This document shows positions 26,027 through 33,165 of a stretch of DNA of 46,361 nt, in pieces. The translations under genes were made by a program, and so were the position numbers. Where the stretch lies: assembly GCA_044238535.1 (NCBI GenBank), contig JBIIDF010000001.1, forward strand, positions 1 through 46,361, read 5' to 3'. Numbering within the stretch: the stretch's first letter is position 1; every line of letters begins with the position of its first letter. Under the pieces are notes generated by a model. That model saw only the letters and a list, made by a program, of their open reading frames with translations, ran no database searches and was not told the origin of the DNA. This stretch comes from Vicinamibacterales bacterium. GTDB taxonomy: Bacteria; Acidobacteriota; Vicinamibacteria; Vicinamibacterales; UBA2999.

Positions 26027-26290
26027 ATCGCCAGCGCATGAGTGGCGACCGCGATTCAACAACCGCCACACATCCCCAGGGTGCCTCCCGGACGATGTGC
26101 CCAGATCGCGGCCCATCGCCTCCATGCCGAAGAGTGAGAACCAGGGCGGTGTGAAAGAGAACGCGGGCGAGGGAGGCGGGCGCGCCGCACCTGGGCATCA
26201 TGCCGAACAGGTATCCGAAGTGGAAAACAACCCGGATTCTTGCGCACTATCGCTTGCCACGGGTGGAGGGCGCGGTGCCAGAGGACTGGG

Positions 26291-28096
26291 TCACGCGCCC
26301 GTCAGGCGCAGGACCACCACCGTCTGATCGTCGGTCTGCGCGGCATCGCCCCTGAAGGCCTGCATCGCGCCGAACACCGCGTGCACCACCTCGCGGGCCG
26401 GTCTCGCTCCCAGCGTACGCACCGCCTCGATCACGCGGTCCGTCCCGAACTCTTCTCCGGCGTCGTTGAACGCTTCGAAGATGCCGTCTGAACAGAACAC
26501 AAAGCAATCGCCGTCCTGCAGGTCAAGCGTCACCTCGTCGTAGGTCGTCGCATCGAATGTCCCCAGCGGCATGCCGGGCATGGGAATCGACTCGGCCTCG
26601 CCCCCGCGAACCCGAATCGGATACGGCAGGCCCGAGTTTGCGAAGGTCACCTGGCGCCGCCGGAAATCAAACAGGGCGTAGCACAGCGTGCAGAAATACC
26701 CCTCCAGTTGCCGCTCATGCAGGATGCGGTTCATGGCCATCAGCACGCTGGCCGGTGTGCTTCGTCGGGTCTCGAGCCGGCGACGGAACGTGCGCCCCCG
26801 CACGAGCTCACCGACAAACGCCCCATACAAGGCCGCCGGCACGCCCTTGCCCGTGACATCGCCCACGACCACAGCCAGCGTCTGCGGTTCCGGCGACAGG
26901 AAATCGTAGAGGTCGCCCCCGAGCTCGCGCGCCGAGGCGAAGTGCCAGGCGACGTCCACGCCCTTCAGCCGCTTGGGCAGCTCCTGCGGGAGCAGCGCCC
27001 GCTGCACCTGCTGAGCAAACGCCAGCTCCTTTTCGAGCCGTCGCTCATTCGCGACAATCTCTTCGTAGAGCCGCGCATTCTCAATCGCCACCGCCGCCTG
27101 CGACGCCAGCAGCGTCAAGAGCTCGACGTGCTGCTTGGTGAAGGCGGCCAGGTCCGGACTCTCGAGGTCGAACACCCCGATGCAGCGGTCCTGATGCACC
27201 AGCGGAATCGCCAGTTCCGATCGCACACCTTCCACCGCGCTGATATAGCGCGGGTCACGCGCCACATCGTCCACCAGCACCGGCTGCCGCGTCAGCGCCG
27301 CATGACCCACAATGCCTTCCCCGAGCTTCACCGGCTGCAGGATGCGCGGACTGTCGCCGTACTGAATCGCGAGCTTCATCTCGAGCAGCTGCGTCGACTC
27401 GTTCAGCAGCGCGATGCCGAAGATTCGGTAGTTGATGAGGCGCCGCAACAGCTGCGCCATGCGGGTCAGCAGGGCGTCGAGGTCGAGAATCGCGCTCATC
27501 TCGCGACCGATTTCCGCCAGCGTCTCGAGCGTATCGGCATACGACCGCTCGGTCTCGAAGAGGCGGGCGTTCACCAGCGCCTGGGAGACGTGCGCCGCAA
27601 ACTGGCGCAACGCGCGCTCATCCTGTTCGGTGAACTCGCCGCGGCGATCGCTCAGCAGGTTGAGCGCCCCCAGCACCTGCCCTTTGTGCCGCAGCGGCAC
27701 CACCAGCTCTGAGACGACTCCGGGCACCACCGGCACATACCGCACATCGGTCGAGACATCATCGATGCGAATCGGACGCCCTTCGGCGACCGCGGTGCCC
27801 ACCACACCTTCGCCCAGCCGCAGCCGCACGGTTCGTGCGGCTTCTTCCGGATAGCCCACCGCATACGCAATGCGCAGCGTCTCCCGGGACTCGTCCAGCA
27901 GATACACCGAGAACACCGTGAAGGTCGTCAGTCGGGCAATCAGTTCGGGAATCTTGCGCAGGAGCTCGTTGAGGTCGAGCACCGACGACACTTCACGGCC
28001 GAGTTCTGCCAGCACCAGCAGTTCGGTGGCATCACGCCCGTCAGGCGGAGGCAGGGCCGCACCGGTCGGCGGCGGCGGGACAGGAGAATGACTCAT
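26291..28096 (-). CDS. GAF-GAF-PP2C (SpoIIE/RsbU-type) serine/threonine phosphatase
   Basis: Two GAF domains, then PPM motifs RELGGDLYDF, VVVGDVTGKGVPAALYG, FCSDGIFEA and DDQTVVVLR. ATG 28096 (MSHSPVPPPP) is preferred; an alternative ATG at 28135 would overlap the divergent fabZ-like start. Confidence 0.85.
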   Translation of the reverse strand: MSHSPVPPPPTGAALPPPDGRDATELLVLAELGREVSSVLDLNELLRKIPELIARLTTFTVFSVYLLDESRETLRIAYAVGYPEEAARTVRLRLGEGVVGTAVAEGRPIRIDDVSTDVRYVPVVPGVVSELVVPLRHKGQVLGALNLLSDRRGEFTEQDERALRQFAAHVSQALVNARLFETERSYADTLETLAEIGREMSAILDLDALLTRMAQLLRRLINYRIFGIALLNESTQLLEMKLAIQYGDSPRILQPVKLGEGIVGHAALTRQPVLVDDVARDPRYISAVEGVRSELAIPLVHQDRCIGVFDLESPDLAAFTKQHVELLTLLASQAAVAIENARLYEEIVANERRLEKELAFAQQVQRALLPQELPKRLKGVDVAWHFASARELGGDLYDFLSPEPQTLAVVVGDVTGKGVPAALYGAFVGELVRGRTFRRRLETRRSTPASVLMAMNRILHERQLEGYFCTLCYALFDFRRRQVTFANSGLPYPIRVRGGEAESIPMPGMPLGTFDATTYDEVTLDLQDGDCFVFCSDGIFEAFNDAGEEFGTDRVIEAVRTLGARPAREVVHAVFGAMQAFRGDAAQTDDQTVVVLRLTGA

Positions 28097-28112
28097 GTGG
28101 TGCGTGGCGGGA

Positions 28113-28120
28113 AGTATACT
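28113..28120. promoter_or_regulatory. Palindromic AGTATACT that reads TATACT on both strands (candidate shared divergent -10)
   Basis: It is the only AT-rich element in the 37-bp divergent spacer. It lies 13 nt before ATG 28134 (+) and 16 nt before ATG 28096 (-). Confidence 0.3.
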
Positions 28121-28133
28121 GAGGGTGCCGCCC

Positions 28134-28607
28134 ATGCAGAACGACGAAGTGCTGACTCTGCCGCTCGATTACTCGGCGATCGAACGGATTCTTCCGCATC
28201 GCTATCCGTTCCTGCTGGTCGATCGCATCACCGAGTTCGAAACCGACACCCGCATCGTCGGCATCAAGAACGTCACGATCAACGAGCGCTATCTCTCGAC
28301 GACCTCCGAAGACGGCCGACCGGCCCTGCCGCCTACCATCCTGACGGAGATCGTCGCGCAGATCGGCGCCATTCTCATCCTCGCCAAGCCCGAAAACCGG
28401 GGACTGCTGATTTTCTTCAGAGGCATCGAACGTGTGCGCTATCGCGGGTCGGTACACGCTGGCGACGTGCTCACGATCGAAGCCAGAGTGAAGCGTCTCA
28501 GGCACCGCATGGGTGTGCTCGAGGGTCGCGCCCGCGTCGGCGATCGCCTCGTGGCGCACGGCACCATGGCCTTCGCGCTCGGCAGCCGAGACGACGCCGA
28601 CGCCTGA
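28134..28607 (+). CDS. FabZ-like hotdog-fold protein lacking the canonical catalytic histidine
   Basis: ILPHRYPFLLVDRI and KNVTINE match FabZ. The expected EPFFxGHFPxxPxxPG is replaced by ERYLSTTSEDGRPALPP. The catalytic Glu context (LTEIVAQ) is retained. Confidence 0.7.
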   Translation: MQNDEVLTLPLDYSAIERILPHRYPFLLVDRITEFETDTRIVGIKNVTINERYLSTTSEDGRPALPPTILTEIVAQIGAILILAKPENRGLLIFFRGIERVRYRGSVHAGDVLTIEARVKRLRHRMGVLEGRARVGDRLVAHGTMAFALGSRDDADA

Positions 28608-28621
28608 CCCCTGTCTGCCGG

Positions 28622-29587
28622 TCAGCCGGCGGCAGGCCCCTTGTAGAAAACGCGGTTCAGCTTCTTGTGCCAGGCGGTGAATTCACCGTCGCCGGCATCC
28701 TCGGCAATCGCGCGCCGCACCTGATTGAGACGGGCGTCCAGGTCATCCACCGCCGCCAGAATAAAGGCTTCGACGCTCTTCGGTTCTACCGGGCTGCCGT
28801 GCTCCTTGGTACCGTGGTGCGACAGAATCAGGTGTTCCAGATGGACGCGAAGGTCGTCGGGAAAGTCGGGAATCTGCGCCGTCATTGCACGCACAAGCAG
28901 CACACCCTGGGTAATGTGGCCCAGGAGATTGCCGTCACGCGTGTAGCTGACAAGACCCCGGTCATACGAGAGTTCCTGCAGTTTCCCGATGTCATGCAGG
29001 ATCACGCCGGCCAGCAGCACATCGGGGTCGGCAGCATACAGGCGGGCAAGGTCAGCAGCAGCCGCCGCCATCGTGCAGAGATGCTCGAGGAATCCGCCGC
29101 GATAGGCATGATGAATCACCTGCGCGGCGGGCCATTCGCGCAGCGCAGCGCCGTGGTCGTCGAGGACGCGACGCAGCAGCACACGCAACGGCGGATGTGA
29201 CACCGCCGCGACGCGGGCATCGAGTTCTTCCCACATCTCGCCAATCGGACGCGGGGCACTCAGCACGCAGTCTTCCTCGCGGAAGCCCTCGCGCCGATCC
29301 TGCTCAGCGTGCACCCGTCGGATGGAGGACACTTTCAGTTGCAGTTGGCCGTTGAAGGTCTGCCCCCGGCCTTCCACCCGGACAAAATCGCCCGCATCAA
29401 ACTGGGCGCTGTAGCGGTTCACCTCATCGAACAACCGCCCGACCACCTGACCGGAGGCATCCTGCAGACGGAGGTCGAGGAACTCTCCACCCACCTTCGT
29501 GGGTCGTATTTCCTTCAGCGTGCAGAGAAAAAATCCCGTGCCGGCATCGTCCGTGGTGAGTTCAGAGAGGCGGGGGAGACGGGCCAC
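28622..29587 (-). CDS. OB-fold plus HD-domain phosphohydrolase (YhaM-like 3'-5' exoribonuclease family)
   Basis: ORF trimmed to GTG 29587, 1 nt after the EamA stop. N-terminal OB-fold (GEFLDLRLQDASGQVVGRLFD...VRVEG). HD motifs HHAYRGGFLEHL, ILHDIGK and LSHHG. Confidence 0.75.
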   Translation of the reverse strand: MARLPRLSELTTDDAGTGFFLCTLKEIRPTKVGGEFLDLRLQDASGQVVGRLFDEVNRYSAQFDAGDFVRVEGRGQTFNGQLQLKVSSIRRVHAEQDRREGFREEDCVLSAPRPIGEMWEELDARVAAVSHPPLRVLLRRVLDDHGAALREWPAAQVIHHAYRGGFLEHLCTMAAAAADLARLYAADPDVLLAGVILHDIGKLQELSYDRGLVSYTRDGNLLGHITQGVLLVRAMTAQIPDFPDDLRVHLEHLILSHHGTKEHGSPVEPKSVEAFILAAVDDLDARLNQVRRAIAEDAGDGEFTAWHKKLNRVFYKGPAAG

Positions 29588-29588
29588 G

Positions 29589-30485
29589 TCAGGATTGTAC
29601 TCGTCGCAGCAGGGCCATGCCGCCCAGCACCAGCAGCGAGGCCACTGCAATGCGGGGCGAGAGCGGCTCTCCGAGCAGTGCGGCACCCAGCAGCACGGCA
29701 ATCAGCGGGTTGATGTAGGCGTACAGCGAGACCGTGGTCAACGGCAGATGCGCCACGGTATACAGATACGCCGTGTAGGCGACCACAGATCCGGCCAGGG
29801 TCAGGTAGACGAGCGCACTGAAACTGCGCGTCGTGAAGTGCAGCGCCGACCATTCGCCCGTCATCGTGGCCACACTGAGCAGCATGGTCCCGCTGGCCAG
29901 CATCTGAATGGCCGATGTGGCCACCGGGTCGGTCGCTGAGGGATGCCGCTTCGCGTAGGAAGTGCCCAGCGCCCATCCTGCACAGGCAATCTGGATCGCC
30001 ACAACACCTCCAGCCATCGCCGCGCCCGCTTGGCCTCCGGCCGACATCTCGGGCCACACCAGCACCACGATGCCTGCAAAGCCCACCGCGAGGGCCAGGA
30101 GTGTGCTGCCTCGCAGGCGGTCGCCGCCGGGCAGTAGGGCCTCAAAGCCAACGGACCAGAACGGTACCGAGGCAATGATGACCGCCGTCAACCCACTCGC
30201 CACGTACTGCTCGGCCCAGACGACAAAGCCGTTGCCCAGAACGTTCATCAGGAATCCGAGCAGCGCCAGCGCGCCCCACTGGCCGACGGGTGGCAGCGGG
30301 CGGCCGCGTCCCTTCGTGACCGCCGTGAGGATGAGGCCTGCGGTCATCCAGCGCAGGCCGGCCAGGAGGAAGACAGGAATGGTCTCGAGCGCAACCCTGA
30401 TGGCCAGATAGGTCGTGCCCCACACCAGACAGATCGTGACCCAGGCCAGCCAGGCCAGTCTGCGTTCGGAACGAGAGTCAGACAC
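29589..30485 (-). CDS. EamA/DMT-family transporter
   Basis: Ten hydrophobic segments and a duplicated EamA pattern. GTG 30485 is preferred (VSDSRSERRLAWLAWV..., with TATGAT 9 nt upstream). The longest ORF reaches ATG 30530, which would overlap the divergent kinase start as CATG. Confidence 0.8.
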   Translation of the reverse strand: MSDSRSERRLAWLAWVTICLVWGTTYLAIRVALETIPVFLLAGLRWMTAGLILTAVTKGRGRPLPPVGQWGALALLGFLMNVLGNGFVVWAEQYVASGLTAVIIASVPFWSVGFEALLPGGDRLRGSTLLALAVGFAGIVVLVWPEMSAGGQAGAAMAGGVVAIQIACAGWALGTSYAKRHPSATDPVATSAIQMLASGTMLLSVATMTGEWSALHFTTRSFSALVYLTLAGSVVAYTAYLYTVAHLPLTTVSLYAYINPLIAVLLGAALLGEPLSPRIAVASLLVLGGMALLRRVQS

Positions 30486-30494
30486 GAGCGGCTC

Positions 30495-30500
30495 ATCATA
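30495..30500 (-). promoter_or_regulatory. Candidate -10 hexamer (TATGAT, minus strand) for the EamA-YhaM-like operon
   Basis: TATGAT lies 9 nt upstream of GTG 30485. Confidence 0.35.
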
Positions 30501-30516
30501 CCGTGCACGGCTGAAG

Positions 30517-30522
30517 TAGATT
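30517..30522 (+). promoter_or_regulatory. Candidate -10 hexamer (TAGATT) of a leaderless-type promoter for the hybrid kinase
   Basis: TAGATT lies 6 nt upstream of ATG 30529. Confidence 0.4.
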
Positions 30523-30528
30523 GAACCC

Positions 30529-32058
30529 ATGTCCGATGCGCTGGCCGCCGGCTTTGTCGAGCGGGTACGCCTGGGATGCTACGTGGCCCGGTTCGATGGC
30601 AGCACGTGGCAGACCATCGCCGCCAATCCCCACCTCAGGCTCCTGCTCGGGCAGCCCTTCGATACACCGGCCGTTGAGGTGAACCCGTTCGCGCCCGATC
30701 GGTTTGCCGACGGACATGCGCGGGAGGAGTTATTCAGCCGCCTTCGCTCGGGCGGTGCGGTAACCGACCACCTCGTGCGGCTGCGGCGAGACGATGGCTC
30801 GACCGCGTGGCTCGAAGTCACGGCAGGTCTCTCGGCCGATGAGACCGAGCCGGCGCACCTGCGCCTCGAGGCGGTGTGCCGCGATGTCGGCGAGCGAAGG
30901 GCCCTGGATGACCAGTCACGGGCACTGCAGGATGAACTGCGCCAGGCCGAGAAGCTCGCGGCACTCGGTCACACAATCTCAGGCGTGGCGCACGAGCTCA
31001 ACAATCCCCTGGCCACCATCCTGTCCTGGGCCGAACGTCTCTCGGCCGCGCCAGGAGATGAACGCATGCGCCGCGGACTCGGGGTCATTCTGAGTGAATC
31101 GGAGCGCGCCGCCCGCATCGTCAGGCAACTGCTGACGGTGGCCCGAAAACGACAGTCGACGCGGGGTCTGGTCGACGTGTCGCGGGTGACCCGTGAATCG
31201 CTTGCGCTCCGCGCACACGAGCAGCGCCTGCACAACATCCAGGTCATCGATGCGCTGGCCTCCGGGCTGCCTCCGGTCTTTGCCGATGGGCATCAGTTGA
31301 AGCAGGTGCTTCTGAATCTCATCATCAACGCCGAGCAGGCCATGCGCAGTGCGCACGGCCGCGGTGTGCTGGTGGTGCGGTCATGGCACGCACCCGCAGA
31401 CGGCCTGGTGCTCGTCGAGGTAAGTGACGATGGCCCCGGTGTGCCGCCCGCGGTGGAGGGCCGTATCTTCGATCCGTTCTTCACCACCAAGGATGTGGGG
31501 CAGGGCACCGGTCTCGGCCTCAGTGTGGCCTACGCCCTCATGCGCGAACACGGAGGAAAGCTGCGCGTGTCCTCGCCGTCCACGGGGGGCGCCAGCTTTG
31601 TCATGGAACTGCCGGCCGCCGCAGGAGCGCCCGCGGCGGACATCGTCCCGACGGCTGGACGCAGTACCGCGTCGGCTCCAGTGCAGCCGCTGACAGGCAC
31701 CCGGGTCCTCGTCATCGAGGACGAGCCCGAACTGGCGGCTGCCGTAGCCGAGGCACTCATCGACGAAGGCTGCGTGGTGGACAGAGCCGGCGACGGGGCC
31801 GACGGCCTTGCGCGCATCGCCGAGGCGTCCTACGACGTGGTGATGTGCGATTTGAAGATGCCGCGGGTCGACGGCATGCAGTTCTACCGGGCCATGGTCG
31901 CGGCCATGCCGGCACTGGCACGCCGGGTGATCTTCGTGACCGGTGATGTGGTGGGCACCGATGCCGAGCGTTTTCTCGACGAGACCGCCTGCCGCTGGCT
32001 GTCGAAGCCGTTCAGGCTGACCGACGTCATACGTGCGGTACGAGACACGCTCGGATGA
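30529..32058 (+). CDS. Hybrid sensor histidine kinase (PAS-like, HisKA, HATPase, REC)
   Basis: 509 aa. H-box ISGVAHELNNPLATILS. NLIINAEQA. SDDGPGV. GTGLGLSVAYALM. C-terminal receiver (VLVIEDEPE, VVMCDLKMPRVDG, SKPF). Confidence 0.9.
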   Translation: MSDALAAGFVERVRLGCYVARFDGSTWQTIAANPHLRLLLGQPFDTPAVEVNPFAPDRFADGHAREELFSRLRSGGAVTDHLVRLRRDDGSTAWLEVTAGLSADETEPAHLRLEAVCRDVGERRALDDQSRALQDELRQAEKLAALGHTISGVAHELNNPLATILSWAERLSAAPGDERMRRGLGVILSESERAARIVRQLLTVARKRQSTRGLVDVSRVTRESLALRAHEQRLHNIQVIDALASGLPPVFADGHQLKQVLLNLIINAEQAMRSAHGRGVLVVRSWHAPADGLVLVEVSDDGPGVPPAVEGRIFDPFFTTKDVGQGTGLGLSVAYALMREHGGKLRVSSPSTGGASFVMELPAAAGAPAADIVPTAGRSTASAPVQPLTGTRVLVIEDEPELAAAVAEALIDEGCVVDRAGDGADGLARIAEASYDVVMCDLKMPRVDGMQFYRAMVAAMPALARRVIFVTGDVVGTDAERFLDETACRWLSKPFRLTDVIRAVRDTLG

Positions 32059-32870
32059 GTGGTCGAACCCGTGTCACGGCCCGACAGGGTTGCACGCGCC
32101 ATCCCCGGGGGCGTGGGAAAGCGCAGGACTGACGCCGGCGGCGGTGGGGCCGTCGTCGCTGCCCCCGGCGTGGCCATCATCGCGTCGCGCAGTCGACGCA
32201 GGGCCCGGGTGTGCAACTGCGACACCCGTGATTCATTCACGCCCAGGTGTTCGCCGATGGCCTTCATCGTGGCGTCGCCGAAGTAATACATCGCAATCAG
32301 TTGCTGATCGCGTACCGGCAGGCTCGCCATCGCCGTGCGCACACGACGGCGCTGTTCGTCTGCTTCGTAAATCGCATCGGGACGGGCGGGCTCGGCCGGC
32401 ACCAGCACGCCGTCGTGCGGATACTCATCGCCGGAATCAGGAGCCGTCTGTGCCGACGTCGATTCGATGGTCGCAATGCGCACCATGGTGCGCTGCAGGT
32501 GTTCTTCGTCCTTGCCAAGGGCCGCCGCGAGGTCGGCCAGCGAGGGCTCATGACCCAGTCGTTCGCGGAGCATGACACGTGCCGCCTCGATCTCACGGCG
32601 GAGGCGACGCACGCTGCGCGGCCACGCATCCTTCCGCAACGCGTCAATCATGGCCCCGCGGACGCGGCGCTCGGCGAATGTCTCGAACTTGATTCCGCGC
32701 GCGTCATCAAAGCGCTGTGCCGCATCAATTAGGCCCAGCACGCCATCCTGGACCAGGTCGCTGACCTCAATCGAGTGCGGCATGGTCGAGGCCATGCGTC
32801 GCGCGAGGGCCTCCACAAAGGGAAGGCCGGCCGTGACACGGTCGGTGGTGAACGAGTCGAGCGTCTTCAT
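31884..32870 (-). CDS. FliA/WhiG-family (sigma-28-like) RNA polymerase sigma factor with ~95-aa C-terminal extension
   Basis: From ATG 32870 (MKTLDSF...). Region 2 DLVQDGVLGLIDAAQRFD and FETFAERRVRGAMIDALRKDAWPRSVRR. Region 4 LPVRDQQLIAMYYF and NESRVSQLHTRALRRLR. These match E. coli FliA by eye. The frame stays open to TAG 31884-31886, 175 nt into the convergent kinase gene. Confidence 0.85.
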   Translation of the reverse strand: MKTLDSFTTDRVTAGLPFVEALARRMASTMPHSIEVSDLVQDGVLGLIDAAQRFDDARGIKFETFAERRVRGAMIDALRKDAWPRSVRRLRREIEAARVMLRERLGHEPSLADLAAALGKDEEHLQRTMVRIATIESTSAQTAPDSGDEYPHDGVLVPAEPARPDAIYEADEQRRRVRTAMASLPVRDQQLIAMYYFGDATMKAIGEHLGVNESRVSQLHTRALRRLRDAMMATPGAATTAPPPPASVLRFPTPPGMARATLSGRDTGSTTHPSVSRTARMTSVSLNGFDSQRQAVSSRKRSASVPTTSPVTKITRRASAGMAATMAR

Positions 32871-32884
32871 GCCAGTTGATAGTG

Positions 32885-32899
32885 GCAAGCTCGATGCCA
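32885..32899 (-). promoter_or_regulatory. Sigma-54 (-24/-12) promoter
   Basis: The minus strand reads TGGCAT-CGAGC-TTGC (consensus TGGCAC-N5-TTGC). It is intergenic and correctly oriented. The -12 C lies 15 nt before ATG 32870, which predicts a TSS near 32873. Confidence 0.6.
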
Positions 32900-32952
32900 G
32901 AATTGTGCAATTCCGGCTCTCGGCGTGAAATTTCTTCTAAGTCGGTGAATCG

Positions 32953-32965
32953 AAAGAGTTTGATC
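32953..32965 (-). promoter_or_regulatory. Near-match IHF-like site between enhancer and sigma-54 promoter
   Basis: The minus strand reads GATCAAACTCTTT versus WATCAANNNNTTR (mismatches at W and R). It lies in the most AT-rich stretch of the window. Confidence 0.2.
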
Positions 32966-33009
32966 GTGCTGTCCGTTTCAGGGAATCGACGTGTAATGCT
33001 GTAAAGATC

Positions 33010-33023
33010 GTCAAAATTGTGAC
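33010..33023. promoter_or_regulatory. 14-bp palindrome GTCA-N6-TGAC, copy 1 (candidate enhancer/UAS half)
   Basis: GTCAAAATTGTGAC, centred about 145 bp upstream of the predicted sigma-54 TSS. Confidence 0.45.
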
Positions 33024-33041
33024 AGAGGCGCAGGTGTCGGC

Positions 33042-33055
33042 GTCATGATTTTGAC
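33042..33055. promoter_or_regulatory. 14-bp palindrome GTCA-N6-TGAC, copy 2 (candidate enhancer/UAS half)
   Basis: GTCATGATTTTGAC, 32 bp centre to centre from copy 1. Confidence 0.45.
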
Positions 33056-33103
33056 ACGCTGCGCGTCTCTCGGTGTGTGCGGCAGGACCATGGTTCCGTC
33101 ACA

Positions 33104-33131
33104 GAGGTGGACCGTGGGTGGGGTCCACCTC
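33104..33131 (-). terminator. Perfect 10-bp hairpin downstream of the HTH gene
   Basis: GAGGTGGACC (33104-33113), 8-nt loop, GGTCCACCTC (33122-33131). It lies 35 nt after stop 33166. On the minus strand it is followed by TCTGTGAC, a weak U-tract. Confidence 0.45.
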
Positions 33132-33165
33132 ATGGCCTGCGCGGACCAGGCTCACCAGCGTGAGG

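Noticed and set aside
25958-26100. A Zur box or cobalamin riboswitch upstream of the COG0523/CobW-like gene.
   Set aside because: I could not recognise an AT-rich Zur-type palindrome or a B12-box. The only near-palindromes are GC-rich (for example GTCACCTCTCTGTC). This needs a model-based scan rather than reading by eye.
32871-32888. TTG start at 32888 for the sigma factor (MPLSTG...), and the plus-strand reading TGGCAAGCTCGATGC as a sigma-54 promoter.
   Set aside because: The TTG is the TTG of the -12 TTGC element, so it lies upstream of the predicted TSS. On the plus strand the GG-to-GC spacing is off by one, and no gene lies downstream in that orientation.
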